In this document: positions 1 through 6,333 of the stretch, piece after piece | Numbering within the stretch: position 1 is the stretch's first letter | Layout: the number at the start of each line of letters is the position of its first letter | DNA from: Candidatus Moraniibacteriota bacterium | GTDB lineage: Bacteria > Patescibacteriota > Minisyncoccia > JAHIHE01 > DAOVOJ01 | Length of the DNA: 37,428 bases | NCBI GenBank assembly: GCA_030629775.1 | Contig: DAOVOJ010000002.1 | Span: 1 to 37,428 of the forward strand | Reading direction: 5' to 3' | The notes under the pieces: model-generated | Seen by the model: the letters and a program-made list of their open reading frames with translations, nothing else | The model's database searches: none | What the model was told of the DNA's origin: nothing | Position numbers and translations under genes: made by a program

Positions 1-1
1 C

Positions 2-655
2 CAAGGGCTGTCTTTCGGAAATATTTCGAAAGTGGATCAAAATGAAGCGGACACTTACGCTGATGGCAACGCGATTTGTTATGCCGACGGCGCGATAGTT
101 AGAGAAAAAAATCGAAATGAAGTTTACGTGATCGCCAACGGAGAGAAAAAGCATATTGAGGATCAGACGTCATTTTCCGCATTAGGATATAATTGGGGTA
201 ATGTCGTTGAAGTGGAACCGGGAGTTCTCAATTTATACAGGAATAGAGTAGCGATGAGATCAGATTCCATTCATCCGGAAGGAGCGTTAATTAGAGAAGA
301 AGGAACTAACACTGTTTATTTAATTGAAGGAGGAAAGAAAAAACCGATTTCTTCTTTGAATATTTTTAACGCCCGCCGATTAAATTGGGATAAAGTGCTT
401 GTAGTTGACGAGGCGCAAATGAATAAATTCCAATTGGGCGCTAATTTGCGATATCCTGATGGCGCTTTGGTCAGAGATCGCGCCGGTAAGGTGTATAAAA
501 TGGATCAAGGAAAGAAGCGATGGATCAGGTCGGGAGATGATTTTACGGGAGCCGGCTACAAAGCCGAAGACATTATTGATGTAACGGATGTTACTGAAAT
601 AAACGATCTATCCGCCACTGAAGAAGCCGAAGATATTATGGCCGATGATGTGTAG
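2..655 (+). CDS. 5'-truncated repeat-containing (probably secreted or cell-surface) protein, C-terminal part
   Basis: The frame is open from the window edge, with no stop between nt 2 and the listed GTG at 32. Three ~65-aa internal repeats share the motif (Y/H)P(D/E)GA(L/I)(V/I)R..VY.I..G.KK.I...F...GY.W. TAG at 653-655 is followed by a hairpin and T-run. Confidence 0.6.
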   Translation, partial: QGLSFGNISKVDQNEADTYADGNAICYADGAIVREKNRNEVYVIANGEKKHIEDQTSFSALGYNWGNVVEVEPGVLNLYRNRVAMRSDSIHPEGALIREEGTNTVYLIEGGKKKPISSLNIFNARRLNWDKVLVVDEAQMNKFQLGANLRYPDGALVRDRAGKVYKMDQGKKRWIRSGDDFTGAGYKAEDIIDVTDVTEINDLSATEEAEDIMADDV

Positions 656-705
656 TTATAAAGAATGATTTAAATATTCCCCTCCCAAGAGAGGAATACA
701 ATAAA

Positions 706-735
706 GAGCTCGGCTTTAAAAAAGCCGAGCTTTTT
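706..735 (+). terminator. Rho-independent terminator after the repeat-protein gene
   Basis: Arm agctcggcttt pairs with aaagccgagct across a 4-nt loop, followed by ttttt. Confidence 0.7.
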
Positions 736-807
736 GATGGTAACCTATTTTTAATTTGACCAATTCAGCATTTCTGTTAGAATAATAAATATTGAAAACG
801 GAAGCGC

Positions 808-889
808 GCTGGGGTGGCGAAATTGGTATACGCGCATGCCTTAGGAGCATGTGGAGCAATCCTTGTGGGTTCAAGTCCCACTCCCAGCA
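808..889 (+). tRNA. tRNA-Leu (anticodon UAG), type II with long variable arm
   Basis: Hand-folded cloverleaf. Acceptor gctgggg/tcccagc, anticodon stem catgc/gcatg with loop CT-TAG-GA, T arm gtggg-ttcaagt-cccac. No encoded CCA. Confidence 0.85.
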
Positions 890-927
890 CAAAAAACGAA
901 TAACAAATAACGAATAACGAATTGTGA

Positions 928-1011
928 GGGCGTGTGGCGGAATTGGCATACGCGTACGACTCAAAATCGTATGAGCTTCGTCTCGTGTGGGTTCGACTCC
1001 CACCACGCCCA
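928..1011 (+). tRNA. tRNA-Leu (anticodon CAA), type II
   Basis: Acceptor gggcgtg/cacgccc is perfect. Anticodon stem tacga/tcgta with loop CT-CAA-AA, T arm gtggg-ttcgact-cccac. Confidence 0.85.
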
Positions 1012-1046
1012 CAAGCATTTTAACATGCTAACATTCTAAAAATCAT

Positions 1047-1094
1047 TCAAGAGAAGCCCCGGTCTTTGTTTACAAAGGCCGGGGCTTCTCTTGA
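1047..1094. terminator. Long hairpin downstream of the tRNA-Leu pair
   Basis: tcaagagaagccccgg(t)ctttg pairs with caaaggccggggcttctcttga (about 21 bp). There is no clear T-run, and the 3' arm overlaps a TTGACA box. Confidence 0.5.
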
Positions 1095-1119
1095 CAAGTT
1101 GTAATTAGTGTATAAGAAT
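1091..1119 (+). promoter_or_regulatory. Candidate sigma70-type promoter for the 81-aa gene
   Basis: TTGACA at 1091-1096, then a 16-17 nt spacer, then TAAGAAT. Confidence 0.35.
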
Positions 1120-1149
1120 GAGGTTACAGTAATAAAGGGAGGATTATAA

Positions 1150-1395
1150 ATGAGCGAAGAAGCAAGTGGAGAAATGAGCAAAAAAGAGTTTTTGCAAGAA
1201 TTTGCCGAAAAACAAACAGAAATAAAGGTGCTTTTTGGCAGGCACTCTGTGACTGGAATTATCAAGAAAGTTGGCGGCGAGATGGTTACGATGGAGTTGT
1301 TGCCGACGGGCGATCATACCCATATAGTAATCGGCGAAATTGTCGGTTTCGTTGAGCCCGAGCTCAAAAAACCGACTGGAGTTATAGGCGCTTAA
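1150..1395 (+). CDS. Small hypothetical protein (81 aa), possibly a small beta-barrel or Sm-like fold
   Basis: The ATG is preceded by aaagggagg. This is the only clear Shine-Dalgarno found upstream of a full-length CDS in the starts I inspected. The ORF is bounded by a promoter-like box and a strong bidirectional terminator. The fold guess rests only on an alternating hydrophobic pattern. Confidence 0.65.
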   Translation: MSEEASGEMSKKEFLQEFAEKQTEIKVLFGRHSVTGIIKKVGGEMVTMELLPTGDHTHIVIGEIVGFVEPELKKPTGVIGA

Positions 1396-1422
1396 TTTAA
1401 GTGCCTCTTTTTTTATCCATAT

Positions 1423-1462
1423 AAAGAAGCTCAACTCCAAGGCTTTGGAGTTGAGCTTCTTT
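1423..1462. terminator. Bidirectional terminator between convergent genes
   Basis: A perfect 18-bp stem: aaagaagctcaactccaa / ttggagttgagcttcttt, with a ggct loop. Confidence 0.75.
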
Positions 1463-1485
1463 GCGTGATTTATTTTATTAAAATC

Positions 1486-1884
1486 CTATTCGCCGATAAT
1501 TTCATCTATTCGCCCAATTGTTGATTTTAATATTTCATTAGCTTCTTCAATTTGATCCGCCGTTGTCTTGTCGCTTTTATTGACTTCCAATCTAAGCCTT
1601 TCCGCTTCTTCCGCTAATTCAAAAATTCTATCATCTCGTTTTCCCGCTTTTCTTAATCTTTCGTCTATTACTTCTACTCCCACTAAATCAATAAACCAAT
1701 TTTTTTGGCACTTATATTCCATTTTCCCGCTGATAATTTCTTCAGGTATTTCATCATCAAAATCTCCCAAATAATGATTGAATTTTTTTCTCATATACTG
1801 GAGAAATTCAATCATTTTCTGAGAATATTCAGAAGAGTTCTCCGGCGTGTTCTCTGGATTTATTACTTGTTCAAATTGTTTCAT
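1486..1884 (-). CDS. Hypothetical acidic protein (132 aa)
   Basis: A clean ORF between the terminator and a palindromic element. No family recognised. Confidence 0.55.
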   Translation of the reverse strand: MKQFEQVINPENTPENSSEYSQKMIEFLQYMRKKFNHYLGDFDDEIPEEIISGKMEYKCQKNWFIDLVGVEVIDERLRKAGKRDDRIFELAEEAERLRLEVNKSDKTTADQIEEANEILKSTIGRIDEIIGE

Positions 1885-1899
1885 ATTTTTAATTTACTA

Positions 1900-1975
1900 T
1901 TCCCCTCTCGGGAGGGGTTAGGGGGTGGGTTAACAAGCTTCTTAATACACCCTCAACCTCTCCCGAGAGGGGAGT
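1900..1975. repeat. Full copy of the nested palindromic element (CCCCTC..GAGGGG hairpin + GGGGTGGGTTAA core + mirror half)
   Basis: Sequence: ttcccctctcgggaggggttagggggtgggttaa ... ttaatacaccctcaacctctcccgagaggggag. Related copies lie at 676-699, 6265-6303, 14424-14466, 17409-17466, 24214-24333 and 32657-32695. Confidence 0.85.
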
Positions 1976-1988
1976 TATTTGAAAATTG

Positions 1989-2840
1989 TCAGCCTTTAAA
2001 TAATTCCATTTTTTCTTCCACTTTCTTTTGCGCTGCTTCGCGGGCAAGGGATAAAACTTTTCGCGGGTCGCTTGTTCGTTCGTTGCCGGAGTAGAATTTT
2101 TCCAGGGCGTTAGTGAACGCGATTCTGATCGCGGTGTCAATGTTTACATTAACAATGCCATATTCTAAAATGGCTTTTTTAATATCTTCGGACGGTGTTC
2201 CCGAGCCTCCGTGCAAGACAAAAGGGACAGAAACCTTTTTTCTTAATTCGGCAAGCAAGTCAAGGTCCAGGCGCGGGTTTCCTTCGGGCTTATACATCCC
2301 GTGAATATTTCCGATAATTACCGCGAGAGTGTCAACTTTTGTTTTTTCAACAAATTCTTCAATTTCGTCGGGGTCGGTTTTTTCCATCTGTTTTAAATTC
2401 GCGCCCGCTTCAATGCTGGTATTTAATTTTGGAATTTTGCCAAGTTCTGCCTGAACGACGACTTCTTTTTTGTGGGCGTATTCCACGATGTCTTTGGTAA
2501 TTTCTATATTTTTTTCCAGCTCAAACATAGAAGCGTCTATCATTACGGATTTAAAGCCTTCGTCTATGCATTTTTTAACAAAGCTTAGATCTTTGCCGTG
2601 ATCAAGATGCAAAACTAAATCCGCCTTGGATTCCAAAATAACGCCTTTTATTAAATTTATAAGCGGCAAGAATCCGGCATATTTCACGGCCGATTCCGTT
2701 ACGCCGATCATCGCCGGCATATTTTTTGCCTCCGCTGCCATAGCAATTGCTTGAGTCACTTCTAAATTAGAAGTGTCAAAAGTTCCAAAAGCGTACTTTT
2801 CTTTTTGAGCTTTATTGATCATTTCTTTGATGGTGTTCAT
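1989..2840 (-). CDS. fba: Class II fructose-bisphosphate aldolase
   Basis: Motifs LHLDHGKD, VMIDAS and HGGSG, with the N-terminal YAFGTFD pattern typical of class II ketose-bisphosphate aldolases. Ends in TGA. Confidence 0.85.
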   Translation of the reverse strand: MNTIKEMINKAQKEKYAFGTFDTSNLEVTQAIAMAAEAKNMPAMIGVTESAVKYAGFLPLINLIKGVILESKADLVLHLDHGKDLSFVKKCIDEGFKSVMIDASMFELEKNIEITKDIVEYAHKKEVVVQAELGKIPKLNTSIEAGANLKQMEKTDPDEIEEFVEKTKVDTLAVIIGNIHGMYKPEGNPRLDLDLLAELRKKVSVPFVLHGGSGTPSEDIKKAILEYGIVNVNIDTAIRIAFTNALEKFYSGNERTSDPRKVLSLAREAAQKKVEEKMELFKG

Positions 2841-2870
2841 TTTAAATTATTAAATGACGGTAAAATTAAT

Positions 2871-3632
2871 TTAAATTAAATTCACGATCCTCGCAAACTC
2901 ACTTCCATTCAACGACGCGCCGCCAACGAGTAAACCGTTCATTCCGGCGTTGTCCAGAAAATCCAAAGCGTTTTTGCCGGTAACGCTTCCGCCATAGAGA
3001 ATAGATAAATTGTCAGCGGTTTGGCGATCGTATAATCCCGCGATGATTTTTCTGATTAAAAGCGCGGCGCTCATTACTTCGTTGGAAGTTGGAGTTTCGC
3101 CGGTTCCGATTGCCCAGATGGGCTCGTAGGCAACATAGAACTTGGAACTTGGAACTTGGAACTTGGAAATATTTTTAAGAGCTGATTTTAGTTGACTGGA
3201 AATTATTTCGCTGGTTTTGTCTTGATTTTTCTCTTCCAGCGTTTCGCCGATGCAAAGAATCGGCTTGAGATTATTTTTTAAAGCGGCTTTAATTTTTTTA
3301 TTAACCATTTCGTCAGTTTCGTTCAAATAAATCCTTCTTTCTGAATGACCGATGATAGCGTAATTCGCGCCTAACTTTTTTGCTATTGGCGCGGAAATTT
3401 CTCCGGTGTAGGCCCCCTTGTCTTCCCAAAAAATATTTTGAATTCCCAAATCAAAGTTTGAATTAGGTTTCATTTTGGGAAGATAAACGGCCGGAGGACA
3501 AATGACAATTTTAAGATTATCGGATTTTTTAATCCCGCTTTTAATGGTTTTCAAAAGATTTTCTGCTTCAATAAAACTGGCGGGATTCATTTTCCAATTA
3601 GCAATGATGATTTTTTGTTTTTGATTTGGCAT
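2871..3632 (-). CDS. tpiA: Triosephosphate isomerase
   Basis: Motifs ANWKMN, IIGHSERR, AYEPIWAIGTG, YGGSV and LVGGASL. It contains an in-frame GGAACTT x4 tract at 3138-3168. Confidence 0.9.
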   Translation of the reverse strand: MPNQKQKIIIANWKMNPASFIEAENLLKTIKSGIKKSDNLKIVICPPAVYLPKMKPNSNFDLGIQNIFWEDKGAYTGEISAPIAKKLGANYAIIGHSERRIYLNETDEMVNKKIKAALKNNLKPILCIGETLEEKNQDKTSEIISSQLKSALKNISKFQVPSSKFYVAYEPIWAIGTGETPTSNEVMSAALLIRKIIAGLYDRQTADNLSILYGGSVTGKNALDFLDNAGMNGLLVGGASLNGSEFARIVNLI

Positions 3633-3656
3633 AGCAATATTATTAGTTGTGTTTAT

Positions 3657-3737
3657 CTGTGCCTTTAGTCAGTGTTCGTCTGTGTCGAATTAATAATAGT
3701 ACGCTGACAAACACAGACTAAAGGCACTGACGAACAC
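3657..3737. repeat. Interleaved inverted repeat between the sugar-transferase gene and tpiA
   Basis: Word A gtgcctttagtc (3659-3670) pairs with gactaaaggcac (3716-3727). Word B gtgttcgtc (3672-3680) pairs with gacgaacac (3729-3737). The order is A-B...A'-B'. Confidence 0.7.
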
Positions 3738-3745
3738 GGATGATA

Positions 3746-5128
3746 TTAGCACGCTGTTTCATCTCCTCTTATAAAAACAACCAGTGTTTTGAATAGAATC
3801 TGAACATCCAGAAACAGTGACCAATTCTCAATATAATAAGTGTCAAGTTTAACTTCTTTCTCAAAATCCAGATCGGAACTGCCGTTCACCTGAGCCAGGC
3901 CGGTAATGCCCGGCTTGATCATCAACAATTTTTTGTGATGTTTTTTATACTGAGCGACCTCCTCCATTTCGTGGGGGCGGGGACCGACCAGGCTCATTTC
4001 TCCTTTTAAAACATTGATCAATTGGGCAAATTCATCAAGCCGGGTTCGGCGAATAAATTTTCCGATTTTGGTTATTCTTGGATCATCCTTTATTTTAAAA
4101 AGCGGACCTGTTCGCTCGTTATATTGGAGTAATTTTTTTTTCAATTCTTCGGCGTTTTTTACCATTGAACGGAATTTGTAAAGGTAAAATGTTTTCCCCC
4201 AGCTAACTCTTTCCAGTTTGGCAAAAACCGGTCCCGCCGAGTCTAACTTAATAGCTACAGCTAAAGCTAGAAAAAAGGGAGATAAAATAATCAATCCCAG
4301 CAACGAACTAAAAATATCAATTGTTCTTTTAATAATTTTCCCCCAGCCGTCCAAAGGCGTTCGCTTGAGTTCCACCAGGGGAATGCCGTTGAAAGTTCGC
4401 ATTTCCAGATGAGAGGCTTGGACTTGGAAAAGACTGGGAATGAACTTAAAATCAATTCGCCGGTCTTGGCAGAAATCCAAAAGATCAGAGATCTTATCCT
4501 TTTCCATTTTAGTGGAACAGAGAATAATTTCATCAATGCCGGGACTTTCGGCAATTTCTTCCAAATCTTTAATGGAAAAATTTTTAAGTTTTTGAATCAG
4601 TCGATAACCTGAGCTGGGATCGTTTTTAATTCCTTTGGCGATCGCTTTTGCTGTTCCGTTGCCGCCTAGAATTAAAAGACGATGAATGCCGAATTGGTAT
4701 TTGCCGATGGTCCATTTCTGTAAATTTCTCACTAAAAATCTTCCTAATATTACCAGAACGATCGCCAAGATCCAAGCAGTGATAAAAATAAATCGAGAAG
4801 AGAATAATTCTTGATTCATAAAAGCGGCCAAGACGACTACTACAAATCCCGCCGACACTCCGATAATAATTTGAGGAATTTCTTTCCAAAAATGGCGAAC
4901 GGCCTGGAAACTGTAGAGGCCGATTAAAGCGAAAGTAATTATGAAAACGGGCGCGATAAAAGCGACCAAACCAAAATATTGCTCTAAAGACAAGTTAAAA
5001 ATCACCGGGCGAAAATCAACCAATCCTGAATGAAGCCTTAAAAAATAAGCGGCCAAGCCCGCTATTATAATCATCAAGAAGTCAACCGGTAATTGCAAAA
5101 CATTAAAAACAAGCTCAGATTTTTTCAT
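3746..5128 (-). CDS. Polyprenyl-phosphate sugar phosphotransferase (WbaP-like bacterial sugar transferase)
   Basis: N-terminal TM helices. The C-terminal domain carries PVFAKLERVSWGKTFYLYKFRSM, DDPRITKIGKFIRRTRLDE and GEMSLVGPRP, typical of the bacterial sugar transferase family. Confidence 0.85.
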   Translation of the reverse strand: MKKSELVFNVLQLPVDFLMIIIAGLAAYFLRLHSGLVDFRPVIFNLSLEQYFGLVAFIAPVFIITFALIGLYSFQAVRHFWKEIPQIIIGVSAGFVVVVLAAFMNQELFSSRFIFITAWILAIVLVILGRFLVRNLQKWTIGKYQFGIHRLLILGGNGTAKAIAKGIKNDPSSGYRLIQKLKNFSIKDLEEIAESPGIDEIILCSTKMEKDKISDLLDFCQDRRIDFKFIPSLFQVQASHLEMRTFNGIPLVELKRTPLDGWGKIIKRTIDIFSSLLGLIILSPFFLALAVAIKLDSAGPVFAKLERVSWGKTFYLYKFRSMVKNAEELKKKLLQYNERTGPLFKIKDDPRITKIGKFIRRTRLDEFAQLINVLKGEMSLVGPRPHEMEEVAQYKKHHKKLLMIKPGITGLAQVNGSSDLDFEKEVKLDTYYIENWSLFLDVQILFKTLVVFIRGDETAC

Positions 5129-5130
5129 AT

Positions 5131-5203
5131 GTGTAACGTATAACGTGTAACGTATAACGTGTAACGTATTACTTCTCTCAGGTTATACGTTATGCGTTAC
5201 ACG
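5131..5203. repeat. GTAACG-word tandem-repeat hairpin
   Basis: gtgtaacgtataacgtgtaacgtataacgtgtaacgta faces ttatacgttatgcgttacacg. It fills the spacer from the sugar-transferase start to the rnpB 3' end. Confidence 0.8.
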
Positions 5204-5209
5204 ATCTGT

Positions 5210-5640
5210 TTAATCCAAGCGATAAGCCGAATTTTGTGCTCCAAATAAATTTAGAGTGACAATCATCTATCTAGGACCAACATTGCTATTGGTCTCATGC
5301 GACCTACTTTTCCTGAACTATAAATAATCCAGTTTGGTCTTGCACCGGGCAGGGTTTACCATCTTTTGCCGTCACCGGCAAAGAAAGGATGTAGTTTAGA
5401 TAAAATAATTTTATTTAAACACCATCCAACTTTTCACCTTTCTTCTAAATAATTAGAATAGTATTGTCTCTGCGGCACTTTCCCTATCCCGAGTAAAGGA
5501 CAGAAAATTTTCTATCCCTACCTGAAACGGTCGCCGTTAGCGACTGCCCATTTTATAGTGGAGACATAAATTTTGTGTCTCCACTAAGCGGTGTTCGGAC
5601 TTTCCTCCCCAAGTAATCGGGGCGATCGTCTTGCTTAGTT
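5210..5640 (-). ncRNA. rnpB: RNase P RNA, bacterial type A
   Basis: The reverse complement contains the conserved blocks GGAGGAAAGTCCGAAC, AGTGCCGCAGAGACAA, GGTAAACCCTGCCCGGTGCAAGACCAAA, CCTAGATAGATGATTGTCAC and ACAAAATTCGGCTTATCG, in canonical order. P1 is ctaagc/gcttgg. Ends are approximate, within about 5 nt. Confidence 0.85.
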
Positions 5641-5650
5641 AAACATTTTT

Positions 5651-5678
5651 ATTATAGCAAAAAGAAACGGTTTGTCAA
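5651..5678 (-). promoter_or_regulatory. Near-consensus promoter for rnpB
   Basis: On the minus strand: TTGACA, 16 nt, then TGcTATAAT (extended -10). It ends about 10 nt upstream of the predicted RNase P RNA 5' end. Confidence 0.65.
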
Positions 5679-5772
5679 AAAATGTTTATGTGTTAAAATA
5701 TTTATGGAGTCAAAAGTCCATAAAGGCTGTAAAGTCGAAAGTCAATGACTTTATAGGCTTTTAACTTGTTTT

Positions 5773-5846
5773 GGGTTCGTAGCTCAGTTGGTTAGAGCGC
5801 TACGTTGACATCGTAGAGGTCGGAGGTTCGAATCCCCCCGGACCCA
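5773..5846 (+). tRNA. tRNA-Val (anticodon GAC)
   Basis: Acceptor gggttcg/cggaccc. Anticodon stem ctacg/cgtag with loop TT-GAC-AT. T loop ttcgaat. Confidence 0.85.
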
Positions 5847-5874
5847 CCCAAAAAATATCTGGGTGAAGTTTATA

Positions 5875-5895
5875 TTAAGGTGTCCGACACCTTAA
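5875..5895 (+). terminator. Hairpin after tRNA-Val
   Basis: ttaaggtgt-ccg-acaccttaa followed by atctttt. Confidence 0.55.
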
Positions 5896-5903
5896 ATCTT
5901 TTC

Positions 5904-5932
5904 TTGACACTTTTTTATTTTCCTGTATTATA
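5904..5932 (+). promoter_or_regulatory. Candidate promoter about 400 nt upstream of rpoB
   Basis: TTGACA (5904-5909), a 17-nt spacer ending TGt, then ATTATA. Confidence 0.45.
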
Positions 5933-6221
5933 AAGAAAAGTAAGAAATACAATTTTTTTTTGCTTGTATATTTATAATGATTAATAAAATAATCGGATAA
6001 TGGGATTAGTAAGTTGCTCCAGGCAGCAAGGGCTGTTTTTGGTTTTTTTGCGTGTGCGTGAATTATTTTGACAATTTAACATATATTTAAACTCTGCTAA
6101 TTTTCTTATAAGTTTCCTTTTGAAGAATTCTCCCTTTATAAAAGGGGGATTAAGTGGGATTTTAAAAAAAGATGTAATAGCTTAGTTAAAAGTATTTTAA
6201 ACTCTAAGTCTTTAATTCTAG

Positions 6222-6303
6222 ATACTTTATGAACTTTACGACCTTATAGACTTTTGACTAACTTTTAACCCACCCCCAACCCCCTCCCGAGAGGGGAATA
6301 ATA
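6222..6303. repeat. Composite module: reverse-oriented AAAGTCNNN 9-mer array + right half of the palindromic element
   Basis: Sequence: actttatgaactttacgaccttatagacttttgact ... aacccacccccaaccccctcccgagaggggaataat. A near-identical composite lies at 32621-32695, and the mirror version at 14395-14466. Confidence 0.8.
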
Positions 6304-6333
6304 AATTATATTTTAAAACCTTAACATATTTAT

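Noticed and set aside
716-1018. 100-aa minus-strand ORF
   Set aside because: It lies entirely over the two plus-strand tRNA-Leu genes and a terminator. It is an antisense artefact of structured RNA genes.
1047-1440. Minus-strand ORFs 1047..1265 and 1144..1440
   Set aside because: They overlap the plus-strand 81-aa gene, which has a strong ribosome-binding site plus promoter and terminator signals. They also run through hairpin sequences, and their products are low-complexity.
5940-6333. Missing ribosomal-protein genes or a small ORF (23 aa, 6001-6072) in the rpoB leader
   Set aside because: No ORF with recognisable L10/L7/L12, SecE or L33 features is present. The 23-aa ORF has no initiation signal or conservation evidence. 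The region is dominated by repeat modules.
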